NCBI GenBank assembly: GCA_963741955.1
Contig: CAVUKB010000001.1
Location: 64,001-128,000, forward strand
Length of the DNA stretch: 64,000 nucleotides
Source: an uncultured Acidobacteriota bacterium
GTDB taxonomy: Bacteria > Acidobacteriota > Thermoanaerobaculia > Gp7-AA8
Reading direction: 5' to 3'
The notes below the pieces were generated by a model. That model was given only the letters and a program-made list of their open reading frames with translations. It was not told the origin of the DNA and searched no databases. This document shows positions 10,297 through 21,800 of the stretch, in pieces (the first letter of the stretch is position 1; every line of letters starts with the position of its first letter). Position numbers and translations under genes: made by a program.

Positions 10297-11739
10297 CTAG
10301 TCCTCGACGCGGACTTTTTCGCTCTGAATCGTGGCGTTGCCGGCCGCGTCGACCGCCTTCACCACGACGGTGTTCCATCCGACCTTGTCGAACGAGATGA
10401 GTTTCTGGAATGACCCGTCCGACGAGACGTCCTTGCATTCTTCGTCATTGATGAAGAGGGAAGCGCCCGGTTCCACCTTCCCCTCGATCATATAGTACTG
10501 ACCACCGATCTTGAATGGACGCTTGAGCTCGAGAGTCGGTGGCGTCGTGTCGGCCTCGCTCGAAGAGGTCGAAGCCCCCAGACCGGTGACCCGGAACCTG
10601 CGGAACGACGAGAAGGGGCCGACGTCGCCCTTCGGGCTGACCGAGGCCACGCGCCAGTAGAAGGTCCCTTCGCTGGTCACCTTCGCCGTCGCGTTCGTCG
10701 TGCTCCGTCGCGCGTCGATCTCGAGGTTCGAGAAGAGCCGCGATCGAGAGACCTGCAGCTGGTAACCGGCGGCGTCCGGTACGGTGGCCCAGGCCATCTG
10801 GACGGTGAAGTTCGGTGTCGCCTGGAAGACCTGGTTGTCGGACGGCGACACCAGCGCCGGGGGAGTGATGTAGAGGCTCACGGCGGAGAGCCGGCCCGCA
10901 TCCGTCGCCTCGACTTCCTGTCCGGAGCTCAGCTGGATCGCTCCCCCGCCGGAAGAGGGCATGATGGAGGAGTTGCCTTTCAGTGCGACGATCTTCGTCT
11001 GCTGACGCGCGTCCACGCCGACCTGGGCCGCCGATTCGGAACCCACCGTCACCTGACTTCCCGGGGTCTTCACCGTCGATTCGTCGTCCGCCGTGTTGAT
11101 CGCAACCGATCCGACTTTCATCTGCACCGCGTTCTGCTTCTTGCTGGTGGCCGGATTGATCGTCGAGTAGATCTCGAGGAGTGCGTCGGGACCCACGGTG
11201 TAGAGCGAACCGTTCGAGAAGATCAGTTCCGCCGAAGAGCCTTCACCCGTCTTGACCCAGTCGCCGTTGTAGAGGAGGGTTCCGGGGTCGGCTCTCCTGA
11301 AATCACCTCCCGCGGACTTCTGGAACTGGACGTTTCCCTCCACGGTGACGAATTGTGCGTCCTGCTCCTGTCCTCCGGGCTGCCGGGCCAGCGCAGCTCG
11401 GGTGATCGTCTGCGATTCGACCGCTGCTGTTTCCGCTTCGGGATACTTGTTGCCCGAATAAAGCGTGCGGGCTTCGGCCAGTTTCGCGTTGCCCCGGTCG
11501 AACTCGGAGCGGAACGAGTTGAAGTCTTTCGATGCAGCGAGATCGTTCAGGGCCTTCTGGGCGTCACTGATGGCATTTTCCGCCCGCCGCTGAGGATTCT
11601 TCCGGTCGAAGTTGTAGTAGAGATAGCCGCCCGTGGCGACGAGCACGACCAGCACCGCCAGGCCGATCTGTTTGAGCCGATCAATCGAGATCAGATACCA
11701 GTCGATGTCGGCGGTCGTCTCTTTCGGTCTTTTCGCCAT
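10297..11739 (-). CDS. Membrane-anchored FecR-like domain protein with C-terminal Ig/FN3-like domains
   Basis: One TM helix, a helical stretch, LYNGDWVKTGEGSSAELIFSNGS (FecR-like), YQLQVS..GTFYWRVASV (FN3-like), DTTPPTL...GWNTVVVKAVDAAGN (Ig-like). Confidence 0.7.
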   Translation of the reverse strand: MAKRPKETTADIDWYLISIDRLKQIGLAVLVVLVATGGYLYYNFDRKNPQRRAENAISDAQKALNDLAASKDFNSFRSEFDRGNAKLAEARTLYSGNKYPEAETAAVESQTITRAALARQPGGQEQDAQFVTVEGNVQFQKSAGGDFRRADPGTLLYNGDWVKTGEGSSAELIFSNGSLYTVGPDALLEIYSTINPATSKKQNAVQMKVGSVAINTADDESTVKTPGSQVTVGSESAAQVGVDARQQTKIVALKGNSSIMPSSGGGAIQLSSGQEVEATDAGRLSAVSLYITPPALVSPSDNQVFQATPNFTVQMAWATVPDAAGYQLQVSRSRLFSNLEIDARRSTTNATAKVTSEGTFYWRVASVSPKGDVGPFSSFRRFRVTGLGASTSSSEADTTPPTLELKRPFKIGGQYYMIEGKVEPGASLFINDEECKDVSSDGSFQKLISFDKVGWNTVVVKAVDAAGNATIQSEKVRVED

Positions 11740-12079
11740 TTTTCCGCGGAAATGTGGAGTGGAGCGCGTTCGCTGAACCGGACAACCGGTTATAGCACGG
11801 CAATTTGCGCCTCAGCAATGGGAATCCGCGTGCCGGTGGCCAAATTCCTCGGTCCGGAACGGAGTCCGGGAAAGAGCGGCGGCGAAATGATTCGGCGTCA
11901 CAGCTGTTTATCCAGCCTGGGACCGTTGTCACGAGCTGGCGGGGCGCGATTGCGGTCCGCTCGTCGATTCGATTAAACTGCCGCGATTTTCCGAGCCGTT
12001 CCTCAAGGTCCGCCGCGAAATCCAGAACGTTACTCGGCCGGACCGGCTCTCGAGCCGGCCCTTCGGAGGTTCAGTTTCC

Positions 12080-14014
12080 ATGCTCAAGTTGATGCGCGAC
12101 AGCTTCAAGCACCTGAAGTGGATTCTCGTGTTCATCGTCTTTCTCTTCGTGCTCCTGGTTTTCGTCGACTGGGGTGGTGGCGGTGCGCGCTCAGCCGGTC
12201 CGCAGGCTTTCGCGGCTCAGGTCAACGGCGACACCATCTCCCTTCAGGAGTACGCGCGATCGTTGCAGAACTTCGAGGACCGCTACCAGCAGGTCTACGG
12301 TCAGCCGCTCACTGAACAGATGCGTCAGGCCCTCGGCATCCGCCAGCAGGTTCTCAACGGTCTGATCGACGACACTCTCCTTCTTCAGGAGGCGGATAAG
12401 CTCGGGCTCACCGCTTCCAAGGAGGAAGTCCGCAAAGCGGTCCTCGAGATTCCGGTGCTGAATCCCGACGGGAAGTTCGTCGGCGCGGAGCTCTACTCGC
12501 GCTACGTCACCACGCGCCTCGGTTACCCCTCCTCCGCCGCGTTCGAGCAGGACCTCCGCCGGAGCCTCACGCTCCAGAAGATGAACGACGTCGTCCTCAG
12601 TTCCGTCGTCGTGCCGCCGGCACTCGCGCGCGAAGAGTATCGCCGGAGGAACGAGACGGCGAGCATCCGGTACGTCCTCCTGCCGGCACAACAGGTGGCC
12701 GCGCAGGTCTCGCTCACCCCGGCCGAGGTGCAGTCCTACTACAACGAGCATGCTTCGAGCTACTCGCATCCGGAGCAGCGGAGGATCAATTACCTCCTCG
12801 CCGACGTGAGCAAATTCCGCTCGAACGTGGACGTTTCGGAAGACGCGCTCCGGCAGGCCTACGACAAAGACAAAGAGAAGTTCCGCTCGCCGGAATCCGC
12901 TCACGTCGAGCACATTCTGATCAAACCCGAGCCGAACGATGCTGCCGCCAGGCAGAAGGCGGAAGAAATCGTTCAGAAGCTCCGCAACGGTGCCAGTTTC
13001 GCCGAGTTGGCGAAACAGTATTCGGCAGATCCTGGTTCTGCAGCGAAAGGGGGAGATGTCGGCTGGATCACCAAGGGCCAGACGGTGAAGCCGTTCGAAG
13101 ACGCGGCGTTCTCTCTTCCGATCGGAACGATCAGCGATCCGGTCAAGTCCCAGTTCGGCTATCACATCATCAAGGTCGACGAGAGAAGAGCCGCCGGCTA
13201 TCGCCCGCTCGACGAAGTGAAGCCGGAGCTCCGGATGGAGCTCGCCGAGGAGCAGGCAGAGAGCAATGCACGGGAAGCGATCTCCGAAGTCCGCGCAAAG
13301 CTCGATCAGGCCAAGGTGACCAAAGCCGAAGAGGTCCGGAAGTTCACGACCGACCGCGTCACGTTCAACACCACTCCCTGGTTCAACCAGAACGCACCGG
13401 AGATTCCGGGCGTAGGGAGCGAGCCCGACCTGACCAAGTGGGCATTCTCCGCGAAGCCGGGCAGCATGGGTCCGGTAATGCAGTCGCAGCGCGGCCCGAT
13501 CATTCCGTTCGTGGAAGCCGCGCGCGAGGCCGGCGTTCCGCCACTGGCCGAGATCCGCGACAAGGTCGAGCAGGACGCGAAGATCTCCAAGGCGCGGGAG
13601 AAAGCCGCTGAGACGCTCGCCGCCGCGATGAAGAACGCCGCGTCGCTCGACGAGCTCGGGAAGTCCGCCTCCCTCACGCCGGTGGAAGCAACCATCAGTT
13701 CGAGCGGAGGCGTGGCCGGTCTCGCCGGCAACGTGCAGCCGCTCGAATCCGCGGCTCTGAATGCCCCGACCGGCAAAGTCAGCGGTCCGGTGGTGATCGA
13801 CCAGGGAGCGGTCGCGTTCGAAGTGACCTCACAGAAGAAGATCACCGACCAGGAGTGGGCGAAGATGAAGGACACCTTCACCAGGTCGGTCCGGCAGACG
13901 GAAGCACTCAAGTTGCGCCAGTCACTCCTGGCGAAGATGCGTCGTGACGCGAAGATCGACGTGAACCAGACGGTGCTCCAGTCGCCGGCGGAACAGTCGC
14001 AGCAGAATGGCTGA
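12080..14014 (+). CDS. PpiD-like periplasmic chaperone (SurA N-terminal plus parvulin domain)
   Basis: N-terminal TM, AAQVNGDTI, HILIK...FAELAKQYSADPGSAAKGGDVG...FEDAAF...SQFGYHIIKV. Confidence 0.9.
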   Translation: MLKLMRDSFKHLKWILVFIVFLFVLLVFVDWGGGGARSAGPQAFAAQVNGDTISLQEYARSLQNFEDRYQQVYGQPLTEQMRQALGIRQQVLNGLIDDTLLLQEADKLGLTASKEEVRKAVLEIPVLNPDGKFVGAELYSRYVTTRLGYPSSAAFEQDLRRSLTLQKMNDVVLSSVVVPPALAREEYRRRNETASIRYVLLPAQQVAAQVSLTPAEVQSYYNEHASSYSHPEQRRINYLLADVSKFRSNVDVSEDALRQAYDKDKEKFRSPESAHVEHILIKPEPNDAAARQKAEEIVQKLRNGASFAELAKQYSADPGSAAKGGDVGWITKGQTVKPFEDAAFSLPIGTISDPVKSQFGYHIIKVDERRAAGYRPLDEVKPELRMELAEEQAESNAREAISEVRAKLDQAKVTKAEEVRKFTTDRVTFNTTPWFNQNAPEIPGVGSEPDLTKWAFSAKPGSMGPVMQSQRGPIIPFVEAAREAGVPPLAEIRDKVEQDAKISKAREKAAETLAAAMKNAASLDELGKSASLTPVEATISSSGGVAGLAGNVQPLESAALNAPTGKVSGPVVIDQGAVAFEVTSQKKITDQEWAKMKDTFTRSVRQTEALKLRQSLLAKMRRDAKIDVNQTVLQSPAEQSQQNG

Positions 14015-14405
14015 TCCCGTGACGGAGATCCTCGGGAGATCCGCCGAGCCGGCCATCAAGGTTCTGATGATGCCGCGCGATACGAACGCGCACGGCACCA
14101 TCTTCGGCGGAGTGATCCTCTCCTACATCGACCAGGCCGGCGCGATCGAGGCGCGCCGGCAGGGATTGCGCCAGATGGTCACGGTGGCCATGGACCGGGT
14201 CGTGTTTCACGAGCCGGTCTACGTCGGTGACCTGGTCAGCTTCTGGACCGAGACCATCCGGATCGGGAACACCTCGATCACCATCAAGGTGGTGGTGAAG
14301 GCGCAAAGGACATCCAACCCTTCGCAGGTAGTCACGGTGACCGAAGCGCAGGTGGTGTACGTCAACATCGACGGGGAACGGAAGCCGACACCGATCGAAC
14401 GATGA
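14007..14405 (+). CDS. Acyl-CoA thioesterase (hotdog fold)
   Basis: MPRDTNAHGTIFGGVILSYIDQAG...FHEPVYVGD...GNTSI. Confidence 0.92.
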   Translation: MADPVTEILGRSAEPAIKVLMMPRDTNAHGTIFGGVILSYIDQAGAIEARRQGLRQMVTVAMDRVVFHEPVYVGDLVSFWTETIRIGNTSITIKVVVKAQRTSNPSQVVTVTEAQVVYVNIDGERKPTPIER

Positions 14406-14520
14406 TCCGAGACCGGTGTATCGGGATCGGGAATGAAGCATTGATCGAAGGCCGGGCCTTCCGCGTATCTGGAGACATGACCCCGGCGGTGACTCTGAAC
14501 CTCGAATTCCGAATCCGTTT

Positions 14521-15857
<1,337 letters not shown>

Positions 15858-15861
<4 letters not shown>

Positions 15862-16817
15862 GAGGCGAGGAGCCCGAGGTCGATGTTGCCGCCGGAGACG
15901 ACGATCGCCACCGCTCCTTTCGGCTTCACTTTGCCAGTCAGGAGTGCGGCGATGCCGAGGGCGCCGGTCGGCTCGATGAGGAGCTTGGTCCGGTAGACGG
16001 CGTACTTCACGCTCTCGAGGAGCTCGGAGTCGTCGACGGTGAGGATGTCCTTCACCCGCTGTCGGATGATGGCGAAGTTGCGCTCGCCGATCGATGTCGT
16101 GCGCGCGCCGTCGGCGATCGTGTCGGGAGGGTCTATGGCGACGATCCGCCCTTCGCGGAACGATCGCTGCCCGTCGTTTCCAGCCAGCGGCTCGACGCCG
16201 TAGATCTCCGCATCCGGAAGTAAAGATCCGGCCCCGATCGACGTGCCGGCGAGGAGTCCTCCTCCGCCGAGTGGCACCAGGATCGTTCCGACGTCCGGCC
16301 ACTCCTCGGCGATCTCCAGTCCCACCGTGCCGGCACCGGAGATGATCCGTTCGTCGTCGAACGGAGGGATGAGGAACGCCCCCGTCTCCGCCACGATCCT
16401 CTTCGCCGCCTCGCCCCGGGTCGCTGCCGTGATGCCGCTCTGGACGACCTTCGCTCCGTATCCTTTCGTCGCCTCGACTTTGGAGGCCACCGAGTTCTCC
16501 GGCATCACGATGGTGGCAGGAATGCCGAGGATTTTCGCGGCGAGTGCGACACCCTGGGCGTGGTTTCCGGAGGAGAAGGCGACCACGCCGCGCGAGCGCT
16601 CCGCGGCGGGGATCTGCAGGAGTGCGTTCAGCGCACCGCGGATCTTGAACGAGCCGGCGCGCTGGAGGTTTTCGCATTTGAGCCGGACTTCGACTCCCGC
16701 GCGCTCGGAGAGGGAGCGGGAGGGGAGAAGGGGAGTCCGGTGAACGTGCGGCGCGATGCGCGCGGCCGCCTCGCGAACCTGGTGGATGGAGACGGGGGGG
16801 GGTTCTGGTGCGCTCAC
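15858..16817 (-). CDS. PLP-dependent threonine/serine dehydratase or racemase
   Basis: KCENLQRAGSFKIRGA, SSGNHAQG, PLGGGGLLAG, EPTGA, SGGNID; no regulatory domain. Confidence 0.92.
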
Positions 16818-17025
16818 GATGGGGAAGTATAAGGGTTGTGCGTTCCGGGAGGCGGGTTGCCGGATGCGGGAGGGGCACGGGCTGAACGTTCCGCTGAAAC
16901 GGTCGAGCCCGACGGATGCTCGTTCTTCTCCGAGCCCCGTCGCTCTCCCGGCTCGTAGCTGGCCCGCAGACTCCCGGGAGTCTGCGCTCCGCAGACTCCT
17001 AGGTCCCCGGAAACGGAGGACTTAT

Positions 17026-17054
17026 TTGACTTGCAACGCGTGGGGGAGTATCTT
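17026..17054 (+). promoter_or_regulatory. Sigma70-type promoter for the Ig-repeat protein
   Basis: TTGACT, 17 nt spacer, TATCTT. Confidence 0.55.
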
Positions 17055-17113
17055 TTGGCCGATCGGTAAACTCCCGACGTGCCACGGTCATCATGGGGTT
17101 GGAGGTGTGGGTC

Positions 17114-18712
17114 ATGTGGAGATGGATAACCCGCGGCCTGATGTTGAGTTGCCTACTGGCGCTCCTCACGCCTGTGCTCTCTGCGCAGACGTTCGCAGGA
17201 TTCATAGAGAAGCCCGCCGAAGGGGCCACCGTTTCCGGAATGGTGCTCGTTCAGGGGTGGGCGATCGACCAGCAGCAGATCTCGAAGGTGGATCTGTTCG
17301 TGGACGATCAGTTCCAGCACTCGGCGGAGATCAATCTGCCTCGAGTGGACATCATCGAGGCGAACCCGACCTGGCCCGGAATCCAGAGCAAGCTCCCCGG
17401 ATTCCAGACCGGCTTCCTCGCCAGTCGCTTCTCGAACGGACCCCACACGGTCCACGTGATGGTCACCACGAGTGACAATCAGACCTACGAGGTGGGGCGT
17501 CGCACGGTCACGGTCGACAACACGATCAACCAGCCTCCGTTCGGCTTCGTCGAGACGCCGGATACGTCGTCGATCGTGGATACCGTCGGATCGTTCCCGG
17601 TGAGCGGATGGGTGACGGACACGGACGGGATCGACCACGTCGACGTTCTGGTGGACGACCTGAATCTGCAGGGCGCGGTGTACGGCGACGCGAGACCAGA
17701 CGTCTCGAACTCCTTTCCGGATTTCCCCGCCGCGATGTTCAGCGGCTTCGTAGCGTTCGTCGACACCACCCGGATCCAGGATGGTGTTCACACCCTCTCG
17801 ATCCGCGCCACTGACAGGCAGGGACTCTCGCGGGTGATCGGGAAGCGGAACATCCAGGTGTACAACACCGAGAACCAGCTCCGGCCATTCGGACACGTCG
17901 ACCAGCCGCTCAGGGATGCGGTGCTCTACGGCAACTGCGCGAGCGCGGCGCCGCCGATCTCGCCGGTTCCGGCCAGCCCGGGGAACCACATCACACCGGT
18001 CACCGGATGGACTCTCGATCTCGGCCACCGTGCCGATCTCGGCCGCGTCTCGTACGTCGAGCTCATGGTCGACGGAGTGCCGTGGTACTCGAGCGATCAG
18101 TGCGGCTACTACAAGGACTTCGGCGGCTTCGTGAACTGCTACGGCCTCCCGCGGTTCGACGTGGCGCGGCTGTATCCGAACTACCCCGACTCTCCGCGCT
18201 CCGGCTTCATGTTCACCCTCGACGTCGCGACACTCATGACGATGGGCGTTCCGGCCGGACATCACACGCTCAAAGTGCGCGTCGGTGATCAGGAGCAGAC
18301 GTTCGCGGACATTCCCGACACTTCGGGGATTCCGGTCTTCTTCACCTGCACCAACAGCGAGTTCTTCGACTTCGCATCGCTCGGCTACATCGACTTCCCG
18401 CACTCGATGGACTACGTGAAGGGAACCATCGATCTCACGGGATGGGCGATCGACGAGAACGCCGGGGTGAGAACGGTCAAGATCATCATCGACGGCAACT
18501 ACATCGGGAACGCGCAGTACGGAATGGTGCGTACCGATGTCCAGTCGGCCTATCCCTTCATCAACGGGAGCAAGACCGCGGGCTGGCGCTTCACGCTCGA
18601 CACCACGCTGCTGAGCGACGCACGCCATCGGCTCACGGTGCAGACCATCGACGCGTTCGGCAACACGTCCGAGATCGGCTCGATGGACTTTTACGTCGAC
18701 AATCCGCAGTAG
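17114..18712 (+). CDS. Secreted protein with four tandem Ig-like repeats
   Basis: Signal peptide (..VLSA-Q); SD GGAGGT at 17101; four repeats of G-x-[IV]-[DE]-x-P...GW..D...VDG/D...R.DV...P.....GF...D...G.H.L. Confidence 0.8.
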   Translation: MWRWITRGLMLSCLLALLTPVLSAQTFAGFIEKPAEGATVSGMVLVQGWAIDQQQISKVDLFVDDQFQHSAEINLPRVDIIEANPTWPGIQSKLPGFQTGFLASRFSNGPHTVHVMVTTSDNQTYEVGRRTVTVDNTINQPPFGFVETPDTSSIVDTVGSFPVSGWVTDTDGIDHVDVLVDDLNLQGAVYGDARPDVSNSFPDFPAAMFSGFVAFVDTTRIQDGVHTLSIRATDRQGLSRVIGKRNIQVYNTENQLRPFGHVDQPLRDAVLYGNCASAAPPISPVPASPGNHITPVTGWTLDLGHRADLGRVSYVELMVDGVPWYSSDQCGYYKDFGGFVNCYGLPRFDVARLYPNYPDSPRSGFMFTLDVATLMTMGVPAGHHTLKVRVGDQEQTFADIPDTSGIPVFFTCTNSEFFDFASLGYIDFPHSMDYVKGTIDLTGWAIDENAGVRTVKIIIDGNYIGNAQYGMVRTDVQSAYPFINGSKTAGWRFTLDTTLLSDARHRLTVQTIDAFGNTSEIGSMDFYVDNPQ

Positions 18713-18734
18713 CTGTGTGAACCTCCTGGACCCG

Positions 18735-18768
18735 AAAGACCCGGTCCCAGGGCCGGGTCTTTTGTTTT
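18735..18768 (+). terminator. Rho-independent terminator
   Basis: aaagacccgg-tcccaggg-ccgggtcttttgtttt directly after the stop codon. Confidence 0.8.
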
Positions 18769-18774
18769 CTGAAG

Positions 18775-18822
18775 ACGAATGCAGAATGCAGAATGCAGAG
18801 TGCAGAATTCAGAATTGAGAAG
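18775..18822. repeat. (GCAGAAT)n heptamer tract
   Basis: gacgaatgcagaatgcagaatgcagagtgcagaattcagaattgagaa; same family as 50251-50463. Confidence 0.85.
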
Positions 18823-18844
18823 TGAGTCGAGGCGGCTGTCGTCC

Positions 18845-21800
18845 CTGCATGTTCTCCCGTCAGCCGAAGCTCGTGGCTCTCGCGCGGCCTCACCCTCTCC
18901 ACGTCCGCACTCACGAACTTCAGCCGAGGACCGAGGTTCGGGGAGAGGGCAGGGTGAGGGGCAACCCTGAAAGTTGATCTCGCAGATCTCGCCTCTCGCA
19001 CGTTCTCCCGTCAGCCGAAGCTCACTGCTCTCGCGCGGCCTCACCCTCTCCACGTCCGCACTCACGAACTTCAGCCGAGGACTGAGGTTCGGGGAGAGGG
19101 CAGGGTGAGGGGCAACCCTGAAAGTTGATCTCGCAGATCATGCCTCTCGCACATTGTCCCGTCAGCCGAAGCTCACTGCTCTCGCGCGGCCTCACCCTCT
19201 CCACGTCCGCACTCATGAACTTCAGCCGAGGACCGAGGTTCGGGGAGAGGGAAGGGTGAGGGGCAAGCCTGAAAGTTGATCTCGCAGATCATGCCTCTCG
19301 CACGTTCTCCCGTCAGCCGAAGCTCACTGCTCTCGCGCGGCCTCACCCTCTCCACGTCCGCACTCACGAACTTCAGCCGAGGACCGAGGTTCGGGGAGAG
19401 GGAAGGGTGAGGGGCAACCCTGAAAGTTAGTCTCGCAGATCGTGCCTCTCGCACGTTGTCCCGTCAGCCGAAGCTCCCCGCTCTCGCGCGGCCTCACCCT
19501 CTCCACGTCCGCACTCATGAACTTCAGCCGAGGACCGAGGTTCGGGGAGAGGGAAGGGTGAGGGGCAACCCTGAAAGTTGATCTCGCAGATCGTGCCTCT
19601 CGCACGTTGTCCCGTCAGCCGAAGCTCCCCGCTCTCGCGCGGCCTCACCCTCTCCACGTCCGCACTCATGAACTTCAGCCGAGGACCGAGCTTCGGGGAG
19701 AGGGAAGGGTGAGGGGCAAGCCTGAAAGTTGATCTCGCAGATCATGCCTCTCGCACGTTGTCCCGTCAGCCGAAGCTCCCCGCTCTCGCGCGGCCTCACC
19801 CTCTCCACGTCCGCACTCATGAACTTCAGCCGAGGACCGAGGTTCGGGGAGAGGGAAGGGTGAGGGGCAACCCTGAAAGTTAGTCTCGCAGATCATGCGA
19901 TCACACATCGCGCCGTTCTCACGGTTCATCGCCACACGTTGCCAAGCGTTCTTCCCCTCACCCCCTGGCCCCTCTCCCCGAATTGCGATTTCGGGCTGAA
20001 GTTGTTTCGTTACGGACGGGGAGAGGGGAGTGCGACCCTCGCGAGTGCGAATCGACTGCGGCTACGGGAGCGGACCCAAGATTCGGACATCTCTTAGCCC
20101 TCGCCCTCTCCACGTCCGCACTCACGAACTTCAGCCGAGGACCGAGTTTCGGGGAGAGGGAAGGGTGAGGGGCAACCCTGAAAGTTGATCTCGCAGATCT
20201 CGCCTCTCGCACGTTCTCCCGTCAGCCGAAGCTCGTGGCTCTCGCGCGGCCTCACCCTCTCCACGTCCGCACTCATGAACTTCAGCCGAGGGCCGAGGTT
20301 CGGGGAGAGGGAAGGGTGAGGGGCGACCCTGAAAGTTAGTCTCGCAGATCGTGCCTCTCGCACGTTGTCCCGTCAGCCGAAGCTCCCCGCTCTCGCGCGG
20401 CCTCACCCTCTCCACGTCCGCACTCATGAACTTCAGCCGAGGACCGAGGTTCGGGGAGAGGGAAGGGTGAGGGGCAACCCTGAAAGTTAGTCTCGCAGAT
20501 CGTGCCTCTCGCACGTTCTCCCGTCAGCCGAAGCTCGCGGTTCTCGCGCGGCCTCACCCTCTCCACGTCCGCACTCATGAACTTCAGCCGAGGGCCGAGG
20601 TTCGGGGAGAGGGAAGGGTGAGGGGCAACCCTGAAAGTTGATCTCGCAGATCTCGCCTCTTGCACGTTCTCCCGTCAGCCGAAGCTCGCGGTTCTCGCGC
20701 GGCCTCACCCTCTCCACGTCCGCACTCATGAACTTCAGCCGAGGACCGAGGTTCGGGGAGAGGGAAGGGTGAGGGGCAACCCTGAAAGTTGATCTCGCAG
20801 ATCATGCCTCTCGCACGTTCTCCCGTCAGCCGAAGCTCACTGCTCTCGCGCGGCCTCGCCCTCTCCACGTCCGCACTCACGAACTTCAGCCGAGGGCCGA
20901 GCTTCGGGGAGAGGGAAGGGTGAGGGGCAACCCTGAAAGTTAGTCTCGCAGATCGTGCCTCTCGCACGTTCTCCCGTCAGCCGAAGCTCCCCGCTCTCGC
21001 GCGGCCTCACCCTCTCCACGTCCGCACTCATGAACTTCAGCCGAGGACCGAGGTTCGGGGAGAGGGAAGGGTGAGGGGCAACCCTGAAAGTTGATCTCGC
21101 AGATCGTGCGATCACACATCGCGCCGTTCTCACGGTTCATCGCCACACGTTGCCAAGCGTTCTTCCCCTCACCCCCTGGCCCCTCTCCCCGAATTGCGAT
21201 TTCGGGCTGAAGTTGTTTCGTTACGGACGGGGAGAGGGGAGTGCGACCCTCGCGAGTGCGGATCGACTGCGGCTACGGGAGCGGACCCAAGATTCGGACA
21301 TCTCTTAGCCCTCGCCCTCTCCACGTCCGCACTCATGAACTTCAGCCGAGGACCGAGGTCGGGGAGAGGGAAGGGTGAGGGGCAACCCTGAAAGTTGATC
21401 TCGCAGATCATGCCTCTCGCACATTGTCCCGTCAGCCGAAGCTCGTGGCTCTCGCGCGGCCTCACCCTCTCCACGTCCGCACTCACGAACTTCAGCCGAG
21501 GACCGAGGTTCGGGGAGAGGGAAGGGTGAGGGGCAACCCTGAAAGTTAGTCTCGCAGATCGTGCGATCACACATCGCGCCGTTCTCACGGTTCATCGCCA
21601 CACGTTGCCAAGCGTTCTTCCCCTCACCCCCTGGCCCCTCTCCCCGAATTGCGATTTCGGGCTGAAGTTGTTTCGTTACGGACGGGGAGAGGGGAGGGCG
21701 ATCTTCGCGAGCGCGGATCGACTGCGGCTACGGGACGATCCAGGATTCAGGCGTTCCGTACATCTCACCCTCTCCACGTCCGCACTCATGAACTTCAGCC

